This document shows positions 17,966 through 28,645 of a DNA stretch of 64,000 nucleotides, piece after piece (the stretch's first letter is position 1; every line of letters begins with the position of its first letter). A program made the position numbers and the translations under genes. Location: the NCBI GenBank assembly GCA_965208105.1, contig OZ242318.1, forward strand, positions 1,504,001-1,568,000, read 5' to 3'. The stretch comes from Candidatus Latescibacterota bacterium (GTDB lineage Bacteria > Latescibacterota > UBA2968 > UBA8231). Below the pieces are notes generated by a model. It was not told where the DNA came from. It worked only from the letters and a program-made list of their open reading frames with translations, and did no database searches.

Positions 17966-18938
17966 TCAGGAAATTACCTTCAGAGAAGCCATTACCCAGG
18001 CAATGCGCGAGGAAATGCAGCGCGACGAGACCGTCTTCCTCATGGGCGAAGACGTGGGAGACTCCGGCGGCATCTTCAAGTGCAGCGAGGGACTGATCGA
18101 GGAGTTCGGCCCCGACCGCGTCATGGATACCCCCATCGCCGAGGCGGGCATCGTCGGGCTTTGCGTCGGTGCGGCCATGACCGGCCTGCGTCCCATCTGC
18201 GAGCTCATGTTCGGAGATTTCTCCCTTCTGTCCATGGACCAGATCATCAACCAGGCGGCCAAGATCCGCTACATGTCCGGGGGTCAATGCAAGGTCAAGC
18301 TGACCATCCGCACGACTATGGGCGCCGGACGCTCGTCGGCGGCCCAGCACTCACAGAGCCTGCACGCCTTCTTCGCCCACATTCCCGGCCTCAAGGTGGC
18401 CGTGCCGTCTACTCCACGCCATGCCAAGGGCCTCCTCAAAACCGCAATCCGCGAAGACAATCCCGTGGTCATCTTCGAAGACAAGATGATGTACAACGAC
18501 ACGGGCCAGGTGCCCGAAGGCGAGTACATCATCCCCTTCGGCGAGGCCGAGGTCATGCGCCAGGGCGGCGATGTCACCATCGTCGCCACCTCGAGCATGG
18601 TGGGTGTATCCCTGAAGGCTGCAGACCTGCTGTCCGAGGCCGGCGTCGAGGCGGAGGTCATAGATCCATGCACCATCTTCCCCCTGGACAAGGAGACCCT
18701 GCTGGGCTCGGTCCGCAAAACAGGCTACGCCCTGGTCGTGGACGAAGGAGTGCAGCGCTACGGCGTCACTGGCGAGATCGCATCCACAATCAGCCAGGAA
18801 GCATTTGATTTCCTCGACGCCCCGGTGGCCCGGGTCGGCGCCGCCGAAGTCCCCGTGCCCTTCAGCCCCACCCTGGAATTCCCCACCATACCCGACGAGG
18901 ACCGCATCGTCCAGGCCGTGCAGGCCATGAAGGGCTGA
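17958..18938 (+). CDS. TPP-dependent dehydrogenase E1 beta subunit
   Basis: MGEDVG, DTPIAE, AAQHSQS and IPGLKV; start ATG 17958 overlaps the alpha stop. Confidence 0.93.
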   Translation: MPDQEITFREAITQAMREEMQRDETVFLMGEDVGDSGGIFKCSEGLIEEFGPDRVMDTPIAEAGIVGLCVGAAMTGLRPICELMFGDFSLLSMDQIINQAAKIRYMSGGQCKVKLTIRTTMGAGRSSAAQHSQSLHAFFAHIPGLKVAVPSTPRHAKGLLKTAIREDNPVVIFEDKMMYNDTGQVPEGEYIIPFGEAEVMRQGGDVTIVATSSMVGVSLKAADLLSEAGVEAEVIDPCTIFPLDKETLLGSVRKTGYALVVDEGVQRYGVTGEIASTISQEAFDFLDAPVARVGAAEVPVPFSPTLEFPTIPDEDRIVQAVQAMKG

Positions 18939-18941
18939 TCC

Positions 18942-19868
18942 GTGTCCAATCCCGTCTGCCTGGTCACGGGCTCCAGCAGCGGCATCGGCGCGGCCATCGT
19001 GGAGGAATTCGCAGAGAACGGCTACGACGTGGTCGTCAACTACAACACCGGGGCAGACCGCGCCGCCGCCATTGCCGCGAAGCTCCACCGGGAGTACGGG
19101 GTCGAAGCGCTGACCCTGGGCGCGGACCTTTCTCAATCGGACGCCCCGTTCGACTTGGTCGACAGGACCTGGGAGCACTTCGGCCGCCTCGACGTCGTCG
19201 TCAGCAACAGCGGGGTCATCAACTACATCCGCGACCAGGACGGCAACCTGCTGCGCTACCGCTTCGCCGACGCCCCCGTCGACCACCTCGACCGCGAAAT
19301 GGACCGCGTCCTCGACCTCAACCTCATGGGCGCCTATCGCCTGCTGCAGCGCTCGCTCAAGCACATGGTCGCCCAGGCCGAGAAGGAAACTGAGTCCGGA
19401 CGCTCCGTTCGGCACCGGAGCTTTCTCGCCATCACCTCCGTCTCCGACGTCGCTCCCGACGCCACGCGCATCCCCTATGGAGTGAGCAAAGCCGGACTCA
19501 ACCACGCCATCATCGGGGCCGCCTTCGAAGCCGGACCCTGCAACATAACGGTGAATGCCCTGCGGCCGGGGGTTGTGAACACCCCCCTCACTTCCAGGCC
19601 ATCAGGCATAAAGGATCCGCACAGCGGCGAAGAGTACAGCGTGGCGGAGACCTATGGCCTGATGGCCGAGGGCGGCGCCCAACCCATAAAGCGCATCGGC
19701 ACGCCGCGGGACATTGCCGTCGCCGCCTACGCTTTCACTCACATTCCCTACATGACGGGCCAGCTGATCGCCGTGGACGGCGGCTTCACCCTGGCAAATG
19801 CCTTTCCCAACCGCGAGCTTTTCCTGCGGGAAGGCCTGCGCCTCAGGGTGGATACGGAAAAAAAATAA
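18942..19868 (+). CDS. SDR-family oxidoreductase with insertions
   Basis: TGSSSGIG, YGVSK, VNALRPG and VDGG. Confidence 0.88.
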   Translation: MSNPVCLVTGSSSGIGAAIVEEFAENGYDVVVNYNTGADRAAAIAAKLHREYGVEALTLGADLSQSDAPFDLVDRTWEHFGRLDVVVSNSGVINYIRDQDGNLLRYRFADAPVDHLDREMDRVLDLNLMGAYRLLQRSLKHMVAQAEKETESGRSVRHRSFLAITSVSDVAPDATRIPYGVSKAGLNHAIIGAAFEAGPCNITVNALRPGVVNTPLTSRPSGIKDPHSGEEYSVAETYGLMAEGGAQPIKRIGTPRDIAVAAYAFTHIPYMTGQLIAVDGGFTLANAFPNRELFLREGLRLRVDTEKK

Positions 19869-19958
19869 GCGCCGGCACAGCTTGACGGTGCTGCGCCGGC
19901 GCTCGTTCGAGATCCTTCCTCCGCTCCTCCGGGGTCTGACCGCTACCCCCCGATCTCC

Positions 19959-20714
19959 TTATGAATGCTCTTTTATGCTCCCCATGTGAATCTCTATATC
20001 CTCGCGGTTGGCGATACGCTCCAACTGACCATCGCGAATCCAGGCCATGCGGTCGGCGGCGGTCAACATCTTGTCGTCGTGGGTCACGGTGATGATGGTC
20101 GTACCCATCTCTATCTGCAGCCGTTTCATGTAGTTGATGATCTCCTGCCCCGTATTGCTGTCCAGATTGCCGGTGGGCTCATCCGCCAGGATAATGCGCG
20201 GCCTGTTGACGAAGGCGCGGGCGATGGCCACCCGCTGCTGCTGACCTCCGGAAAGCTCGGCGGGAATGTGGTTCGCCCTGTCGCCGAGTCCGACGATCTC
20301 GAGACATTCCATGGCGCGCTCCTCACCTTCCCGGGTGCTCATGCCTGCGAACACGGTGGGCAGAGCCACATTCATCAAGGCACTCATGACAGGCAGCAGG
20401 TTGTAGGTCTGGAAGATGTAGCCCAGCTCGAAACAGCGCACCGCCGCCAGCTTGGGCGGACTGAGGCTGGCCAGGTTTATCCCGCCGATCAGAACCTCCC
20501 CGGCGGTGGGAGTCTGCAAGGCGCCGATCATGTTGAAGAGAGTGGTCTTTCCCGAGCCGGAAGGCCCCATGATGGCGAAGAATTCGTTCTCGAAGACCTT
20601 GACGGACAATCCCCGCAGGGCGTGGACATGGGTCGACTGGTCCCGGCTCCTGGCGTTGTAAACCATCTTCACCCCGCGTACATCCACTATGTTGCTGCGC
20701 CCGTTTCCTGACAT
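19959..20714 (-). CDS. ABC transporter ATP-binding protein (LolD/MacB type), no adjacent permease
   Basis: [33 protein letters not shown] and VTHD. Confidence 0.93.
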   Translation of the reverse strand: MSGNGRSNIVDVRGVKMVYNARSRDQSTHVHALRGLSVKVFENEFFAIMGPSGSGKTTLFNMIGALQTPTAGEVLIGGINLASLSPPKLAAVRCFELGYIFQTYNLLPVMSALMNVALPTVFAGMSTREGEERAMECLEIVGLGDRANHIPAELSGGQQQRVAIARAFVNRPRIILADEPTGNLDSNTGQEIINYMKRLQIEMGTTIITVTHDDKMLTAADRMAWIRDGQLERIANREDIEIHMGSIKEHS

Positions 20715-20774
20715 GACCTGCCCATTCCTCCTGACGGCTACCGCGGGTCGTGGCCCTGATCCTGCGAGGGCTTC

Positions 20775-20803
20775 AATCTACGCAGGAGACTCCCTCAAGT
20801 CAA
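20775..20803 (-). promoter_or_regulatory. sigma70-type promoter for the ABC ATPase
   Basis: Minus strand TTGACT-N17-TAGATT. Confidence 0.6.
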
Positions 20804-20846
20804 ACTTCCGCTGCCCCCTCGGACCGGACCGGCGGGGAAAAATCGC

Positions 20847-20876
20847 TTGACGCAGCGCGATACTACATGGTATAAT
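20847..20876 (+). promoter_or_regulatory. sigma70-type promoter for the MerR-REC regulator
   Basis: TTGACG-N18-TATAAT with an extended -10 TG. Confidence 0.75.
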
Positions 20877-20944
20877 TTCACATAACCCTCCCACGGATTG
20901 ACCACCTTTCCCATCCCCCTCCAATTCGCCCAGGATCGTCATCC

Positions 20945-21649
20945 ATGCCCTCGGCAGAGCATCTGATCGATATAAAGGAAGTAGCCCACACCTTCGGCAA
21001 ATCGATTGAATCCATCCGCAAGTACAAGAACTTCGGGATCATCAGAATCTCCGACAAGCGCGGCAACAAGGATCTCTTCAACCGGGAGGAAATCCTGGAG
21101 ATAAGGGATCGCCTGCGCGACCTCCGGCTCAAGGGGCTGTCTCTGTCCCAGATCGCCGACCAGCTCGACCTGTCCAGAGACGGGGCAACGACCGTCGTGG
21201 ACCCGGTCCCTCACGACCATCCGCTCAGGGTCCTGATCGCGGAGGGGGAAGCAGCCGTGCGCACCACCCTCGGGGAATTCCTGAAGGGGCATGGCTATAC
21301 CGTCTGGGAAGCCGGGGACGGCGAGCGGGCACTCACCGCAACCTTCAGCGGGAACCCGGGCCTGATCCTTCTGGATTCGGCCCTGCCCAAGGTGGACGGC
21401 CACCAGGTATGCCGGATACTCAAGGGCAACCCGGTAACCTGCGGGATTCCCATCATAATCACCGCCCGCGGCGCCACGTCCGAAAAGCTGAAGGGCGTCG
21501 AGCAGGGCGCGGACGACTACATCGGCAAGCCCTTCGACCTCGAGGAACTGCTTGCCCGCATCCGCATGGTCACCCGCCGCGTCTACGCCGGCCAGCCCGG
21601 CCCCCGGCCGAACGCAATGGCCGTTGCCCCCCCGCCCAATCCCGACTGA
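20945..21649 (+). CDS. Response regulator with N-terminal MerR-like HTH and C-terminal receiver domain
   Basis: IKEVAHTFG.S.ESIRKY...GII (MerR HTH); LILLD..LP..DG and GADDYIGKPF (REC). Confidence 0.85.
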   Translation: MPSAEHLIDIKEVAHTFGKSIESIRKYKNFGIIRISDKRGNKDLFNREEILEIRDRLRDLRLKGLSLSQIADQLDLSRDGATTVVDPVPHDHPLRVLIAEGEAAVRTTLGEFLKGHGYTVWEAGDGERALTATFSGNPGLILLDSALPKVDGHQVCRILKGNPVTCGIPIIITARGATSEKLKGVEQGADDYIGKPFDLEELLARIRMVTRRVYAGQPGPRPNAMAVAPPPNPD

Positions 21650-21862
21650 GCCCGGCGCTTCGTCACCTTCCTTCGCACGCCAATTGCGCGCGCAGGCACC
21701 AGTGTCCCGCCGCGGGGACAGGCCGCCATTCTTCCGCCGCTGCCTGCCCTCTCGCGGCGTTGCCCGCGCTCGCCGCACACCCCCAACAGGGCTCGCCCGG
21801 GCGCCTTGCGAGCCCGGCGCTTCGGCGGCCAAATCTGGTCGATCTGGCTCTGCGGCGAAAAA

Positions 21863-23863
21863 CTAGGAACCGCTTTGCGGACGCAGGCGGGATATTTCGT
21901 CGCGCAGGTTGGCCGCCTTCTCGAATTCGAGCCGGGCCGCAGCCCGCTTCATCTGCTTCTCGAGATCCGCCAGAAGTTCTCCCAGGTCCTCGGTATCTCC
22001 GTAGGACACTTCAGGTTCGGCCGCGACCTCCGCCTCCACCCCGCGCACGCTCTCCAGCACGGAGGTCGTCTGCAGGATCTCCTCCCTGCTGCGGTAGATG
22101 GTCCGCGGCACGATATCGTGCTCGCGGTTGTATTCCTCCTGCAGGCGGCGCCGGCGCAGGGTCTCGCTCATGGCGCGCTCCATGGAGGGAGTTACCCGGT
22201 CCGCATAGAAGACGACGAGGCCGGAGTCGTTGCGCGCCGCCCGGCCGACCGTCTGGATCAATGCCTGTTCCGAGCGCAGGAACCCCTCCTTGTCCGCATC
22301 GAGGATCGCCACCAGCGATACCTCGGGCAGGTCCAGCCCCTCGCGAAGGAGATTTATTCCCACCAGGACGTCGAATTCTCCGAGGCGCAAGTCCCGCAGA
22401 ACGCGGACCCGTTCCAGGGTCTCGATCTCCGAGTGTAGATAGCGCACCCGGATCTGCATCTGGTCGAGAAAATCGGTGAGTCTCTCCGCCATTTTCTTGG
22501 TAAGGGTGGTGACCAGCACCCGTTCCCTGCGGCCGGCGCGCTGGCGGATCTCCTCCATCAAATCGTCGATCTGACCTTCCAGGGGACGCACCTCGATGCG
22601 CGGATCCCTGAGCCCGGTGGGACGGTTGACCTGCTCCACGAAAACCCCGCCGCACTTCTCCAGCTCATAGGGGCCCGGCGTAGCCGACACGAAGATGGTG
22701 GTCCCCATGTGCTCCTCGAACTCCTCGAAGACCAGGGGCCTGTTGTCGTAGGCCGAAGGCAGGCGGAAGCCGTGCTCTACCAGCATGTCCTTGCGCGAGC
22801 GGTCGCCCCGCCACATGCCCTTGACCTGCGGCACGGTGACGTGGGACTCGTCGATGAAGAGCAGGAAATCCTCGGGGAAATAATCCATCAGCACATAGGG
22901 CGGCGCGCCGGCTTCGCGCCCGTCCATGTAGCGGGTGTAGTTCTCGATGCCGGAGCAATAGCCCAGCTCGCGGATCATTTCAACGTCGTACTTGGTGCGG
23001 ACCTCGAGGCGATGGGCCTCCACCAGCCTTTCGCTGGAGCGCAACTCGAGCAGGCGCTCCTCCAGCTCGACCAGGATCCCGTCACACGCCCGCTCCACCT
23101 TCTCCTCGTCGGTCACGTAGGCCTTCGCCGGATAGAGAGAGGTTTCACGGCGCCGTTCCACCACCTCCCCGGTCACGGCGTCGACCACCGAGATGGCCTC
23201 GATCTCGTCGCCGAAAAACTCGACCCTCACCGCGCGGTCCTCCGAAGCGGGCACGATCTCGACGATGTCCCCGCGCACCCTGAAGCTGCCGCGCTGCAAC
23301 TCGAAATCGTTGCGATTGTAATAGATATCGATCAGATTGCGGAGAACGTGGTCGCGTTCGACGAGCTGGCCGACCTGCAGGTCGACCTTCTGCTCGCTGT
23401 ACTCCCGGGGGGAACCGATACCGTAGATGCAGGAGACCGTGGCAACGATTATCACGTCTCGACGCTCGAGCAGGGAACCCATGGCCTTGAGTCGCAGCCG
23501 GTCGATTTCCTCGTTGAGCTCGACCTCCTTCTCTATGTAGGTATCCGTGCTGGGCTTATAGGCCTCCGGCTGGTAGTAGTCGTAATAGCTGACGAAATAT
23601 TCCACCGCATTGTTGGGGAAATACCCCTTGAACTCCCCGTACAGCTGCGCGGCCAGGGTCTTGTTGTGGGAAATGACCAGGGTCGGCCGCTGCAGCTTCT
23701 CAGCCACGCAGGCCATGGTGAAGGTCTTGCCACTGCCGGTCACGCCCAACAGGGTCTGGAACTGGCGGCCTTCCTCTGTGGCCGCCACCAACTCCGCAAT
23801 CGCCCGGGGCTGGTCGCCCTTGGGGGTGTACTCGGAAACGAGTTCGAACTGGGACATAGTCAT
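21863..23863 (-). CDS. uvrB: Excinuclease ABC subunit B
   Basis: [45 protein letters not shown] and a C-terminal UVR motif. Confidence 0.98.
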   Translation of the reverse strand: MTMSQFELVSEYTPKGDQPRAIAELVAATEEGRQFQTLLGVTGSGKTFTMACVAEKLQRPTLVISHNKTLAAQLYGEFKGYFPNNAVEYFVSYYDYYQPEAYKPSTDTYIEKEVELNEEIDRLRLKAMGSLLERRDVIIVATVSCIYGIGSPREYSEQKVDLQVGQLVERDHVLRNLIDIYYNRNDFELQRGSFRVRGDIVEIVPASEDRAVRVEFFGDEIEAISVVDAVTGEVVERRRETSLYPAKAYVTDEEKVERACDGILVELEERLLELRSSERLVEAHRLEVRTKYDVEMIRELGYCSGIENYTRYMDGREAGAPPYVLMDYFPEDFLLFIDESHVTVPQVKGMWRGDRSRKDMLVEHGFRLPSAYDNRPLVFEEFEEHMGTTIFVSATPGPYELEKCGGVFVEQVNRPTGLRDPRIEVRPLEGQIDDLMEEIRQRAGRRERVLVTTLTKKMAERLTDFLDQMQIRVRYLHSEIETLERVRVLRDLRLGEFDVLVGINLLREGLDLPEVSLVAILDADKEGFLRSEQALIQTVGRAARNDSGLVVFYADRVTPSMERAMSETLRRRRLQEEYNREHDIVPRTIYRSREEILQTTSVLESVRGVEAEVAAEPEVSYGDTEDLGELLADLEKQMKRAAARLEFEKAANLRDEISRLRPQSGS

Positions 23864-23882
23864 TTGTCAGGGGGTCTGAGCT

Positions 23883-23911
23883 AATCTAGCGGAGTCACCC
23901 AGGGTTGTCAA
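23883..23911 (-). promoter_or_regulatory. sigma70-type promoter for uvrB (very short leader)
   Basis: Minus strand TTGACA-N17-TAGATT ending 20 nt before the start codon. Confidence 0.7.
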
Positions 23912-23935
23912 GAAATCCCGGCGCTGCCCACGCTC

Positions 23936-24065
23936 CAGCATAATGCTGCCAATATGGCATAAATCCGTCATGTTATGGCATTGAATCAGTCTTTGACAAA
24001 ACTCAATCAAGTTATATATTTATAACAGGTTAGATGAGAAGGAAGAGGCTGGCATATTGATTGCT
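23936..24065 (+). promoter_or_regulatory. sigma-54 promoter of dnaK with IHF-like element and palindromic candidate activator sites
   Basis: TGGCAT-ATTGA-TTGCT (24050-24065); TATTTATAACAGGTTAG (24017-24033); palindromes CAGCATAATGCTG (23936-23948) and TGCCAATATGGCA (23947-23959); half-match GTCATGTTATGGCA (23967-23980). Confidence 0.7.
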
Positions 24066-24124
24066 GTAAAATCAAAGCGATAAAGCCAAATGGCAGAGCA
24101 AAACAATTTTTGAAAGGAATCGAC

Positions 24125-26053
<1,929 letters not shown>

Positions 26054-26158
26054 TCTCGGAGAAATCTCCCCCTGCTAGCGGCGGGGGTGTTCACGAACAG
26101 GTTCGGGCGGAAAGTGTCCGCGGCGCCGGGGCAGTGGGTCCCGCTCCGGCGCCGCCAT

Positions 26159-27193
26159 TCAGCTCTGGGGCATGAACATCAGCTTCATCCCCTCGCGCCT
26201 CTCGGCAAGCTCGAACGCCCGCTGCCATTCGCCCAGGTCGAACTGGTGGGAAATCAGCTTCTCGCTGGGAACCAGTCCCTGCTCCATCAGCTTCAACGCC
26301 CGCTGCCAGACCGGCCTGCGCTGGGCAAGGGCGCCTTTCACCTCTATTTCCTTGTAGGCGATGAGCTCGAAGTCGATCTCCACCGGCCTCCCCGGCAGTC
26401 CCATCTGGGCGTATCTGCCGCGCTTGCGCACCAGGTTCAATCCCAGCTCCATGGCGGCGGGCGCACCGGAACACTCCACCACCGCATCTGCTCCGTATCC
26501 CCCGGTCAGCTCCCCCACCCTCTCAACCGCATCCCCTGACTCGACCTCCACGGTGTAGTGCACGCCCAACTCCTCGGCCAGGCGCAGGCGCTTCCCGTCT
26601 TCCGCGGTGCCGCAGACCAGTACCGTCGCTCCCTCGGCCAGGGCGACCAGGGCCGCGAACAGTCCCACCGGCCCCGGACCGGTAACCACCACGAAATCTC
26701 CCGCTGAGACGCCGACCTGCTCCGAAACGGCATGGACGCAGCAGGCCAGCAACTCGGTGGTCGCCCCCGCCTCGAAACTCACACCTTCCGGCAATTTGTG
26801 GGCGCTGACCACGTTGCAGTAGGGGGCGAAGCATCCATCGTACCAATAGCCCAGTACCCTGCGCTCGGGACAGAGATTGTAGTGTTCGCTGCGGCAGTAG
26901 ATGCACCTGCCGCAGAGGTGGATACTGGGCTCGGCCGTCACCCGGTCGCCCACCTCGACCTCGGCGCCTGCCCGGGCTCCCTTCTCCACCACCACCCCGC
27001 TGAACTCGTGCCCCATGACCACCGGGGTGCGGATGGGATAGTTGATGGAATCGTGATAGATATGCAGATCAGACCCGCATACCCCGCTCGCCCGGACCTC
27101 TATCTTCACCTGGTCCGGAGCGGGAGGCCGGTTCTCCACCTCCCGAAGCTCCACAAACCCATGCCCCCTGGCATATTTTACCACGCCCTTCAC
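26159..27193 (-). CDS. Zinc-dependent alcohol/polyol dehydrogenase (sorbitol DH-like)
   Basis: GVCGSDLH, GHEFSG, CGRC.YC.....NLC and GPGPVG. Confidence 0.92.
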   Translation of the reverse strand: MKGVVKYARGHGFVELREVENRPPAPDQVKIEVRASGVCGSDLHIYHDSINYPIRTPVVMGHEFSGVVVEKGARAGAEVEVGDRVTAEPSIHLCGRCIYCRSEHYNLCPERRVLGYWYDGCFAPYCNVVSAHKLPEGVSFEAGATTELLACCVHAVSEQVGVSAGDFVVVTGPGPVGLFAALVALAEGATVLVCGTAEDGKRLRLAEELGVHYTVEVESGDAVERVGELTGGYGADAVVECSGAPAAMELGLNLVRKRGRYAQMGLPGRPVEIDFELIAYKEIEVKGALAQRRPVWQRALKLMEQGLVPSEKLISHQFDLGEWQRAFELAERREGMKLMFMPQS

Positions 27194-28233
27194 GGCTCTT
27201 CCCCGGCCGATTCCTTGAGCCTGAGCCGGTCGCCCGCCATGATCCTTCCCTCTCCTTCCACGACGCGCACGCTGGAAAGCCGGGCGCCGATGATCTCCCG
27301 CACCTCTACAACTCCGATGCGCCGCCCCGCATCCAGACCCTCCTTCTCGATGCGGTCAGGGCCCGGGTAGACCTCGAACCGGTAGGCCGGCCGCAGTTTG
27401 TTCTCACTGCCGATATTGATGTAGACCTCCTCGCCGAACACGGAGAGGACCTCAGGCGCCTCCCCGCCCAGGTCGAGCTCGCTGGGCTTGATGAGCTGCT
27501 CCAGCTTCAGCACCAGGTCCTGCATGGCGCTGAGAGTGACCTGGCCGATGGCGGTTGCCTGGAATTCCTCGGACCCGAACTCCAGCTGGTGCAGCTTCAT
27601 GAACTGGAGGTCCTGATCGCGCGGCCGGCCCAGGAGATCGAGGCCCAGTCCCCGGTCAACGCTCTCCTGCCTGGTGTGTATGGTGCCCAACTCGCTCCCG
27701 TTCTTCACGTCCAGGGCCTGCAGGTCCAGCTCCGCAGTCCCCGAGTAGGACTTATACCCACCCAGCATGGGATCTCCCACCGTAACCCGGCTCAGGTCGT
27801 AGTCCTTGATCGCACCCAGCAGGACTATGTCCGCCTCGACCAGCCGGGCTACTTCCAACGCCCTTTCGGTCTTCACCTTCTTCTGTTCGCCCACCAGCGC
27901 GGCGACGACCTCGAAGGGAACCACGCGCCAGTCCGGGGAATCGGCCATCCTTTCACTCAGCAGTGCGCCCATCTCCTTCCCCAACTCCCAGATCCCCTTG
28001 CGGAAGCCGGACTGGTTCTCGAGGGGCATGACGGCGATATACTGCACGGGCACCGCGGTGGTGTCCGCAGTGAGCTCCCTGCGATGCAGGTACTGGTCGA
28101 GCACTTCGCGCTGTTCCTCCAGCACTACTGCGCCTTCCTCCCCGGTGGGAGGAGCTTCGGCCTTGCCCAGCAGGTTCAACGCAGAACAACCGGAGATGAG
28201 GATGATCGACAGACTGAGGATGTGGAATTTCAT
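27190..28233 (-). CDS. Lipoprotein with CsgG/TolB-N-like and FlgT-C-like domains
   Basis: Lipobox ISG-C after hydrophobic stretch (start ATG 28233); IAVMPLEN; C-terminal VYINIG..N.L..../IG.VEV.E/GDR pattern. Confidence 0.65.
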   Translation of the reverse strand: MKFHILSLSIILISGCSALNLLGKAEAPPTGEEGAVVLEEQREVLDQYLHRRELTADTTAVPVQYIAVMPLENQSGFRKGIWELGKEMGALLSERMADSPDWRVVPFEVVAALVGEQKKVKTERALEVARLVEADIVLLGAIKDYDLSRVTVGDPMLGGYKSYSGTAELDLQALDVKNGSELGTIHTRQESVDRGLGLDLLGRPRDQDLQFMKLHQLEFGSEEFQATAIGQVTLSAMQDLVLKLEQLIKPSELDLGGEAPEVLSVFGEEVYINIGSENKLRPAYRFEVYPGPDRIEKEGLDAGRRIGVVEVREIIGARLSSVRVVEGEGRIMAGDRLRLKESAGEEP

Positions 28234-28452
28234 TTCAGGTCCACCCCGCAAAGGCAGGAGGTTCCAGGGGAAAGGATTCGATGCGCGGATATTTTCCCGG
28301 GCATTCAGAGGGACGGGGGTTCAGGTTCCGGACAAGTTAAGTAGTGGATGGATCTACCCGGTGTCAAGGTGACCCATTCAACCCTTGCCAAGCCCCGCCC
28401 CCGATCTTGCCCGGCACTTGCCTTTGGCATATTTTATGGTTTCCGGACCTCG

Positions 28453-28528
28453 GCCGCTTTAGCTCAACTGGTAGAGCACCTGATTTGTAATCAGGAGGTT
28501 ATGGGTTCGATTCCCATAGGCGGCTCCA
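28453..28528 (+). tRNA. tRNA-Thr(TGT)
   Basis: Acceptor GCCGCTT/AGGCGGC, D-arm AGCTCAACTGGTAGAGC, anticodon arm CCTGA-TTTGTAA-TCAGG, T-loop GGTTCGATT and encoded CCA. Confidence 0.97.
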
Positions 28529-28645
28529 GAAATTCTGCGATCGAAGACGTTCCCCCCGGAGCGCGGCAACTCTCCGGAGCGCAAACTGCGGAGCGTTTTC
28601 TTTTTGCCGATCCCGCACCCCCCGAATCCCCAAAGACATGCGGAC

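Noticed and set aside
23864-24124. CIRCE element or LexA box in the uvrB/dnaK intergenic region
   Set aside because: No TTAGCACTC-N9-GAGTGCTAA and no E. coli- or Bacillus-type SOS box recognised; a lineage-specific box cannot be excluded.
28425-28440. Possible sigma-54 promoter before the tRNA (TGGCAT-N5-ATGGT)
   Set aside because: It lacks the essential -12 GC.
28453-28645. tRNA-Thr as the integration site of a genomic island
   Set aside because: No integrase nearby, and I did not see a duplicated tRNA 3' end (att site) in the window.
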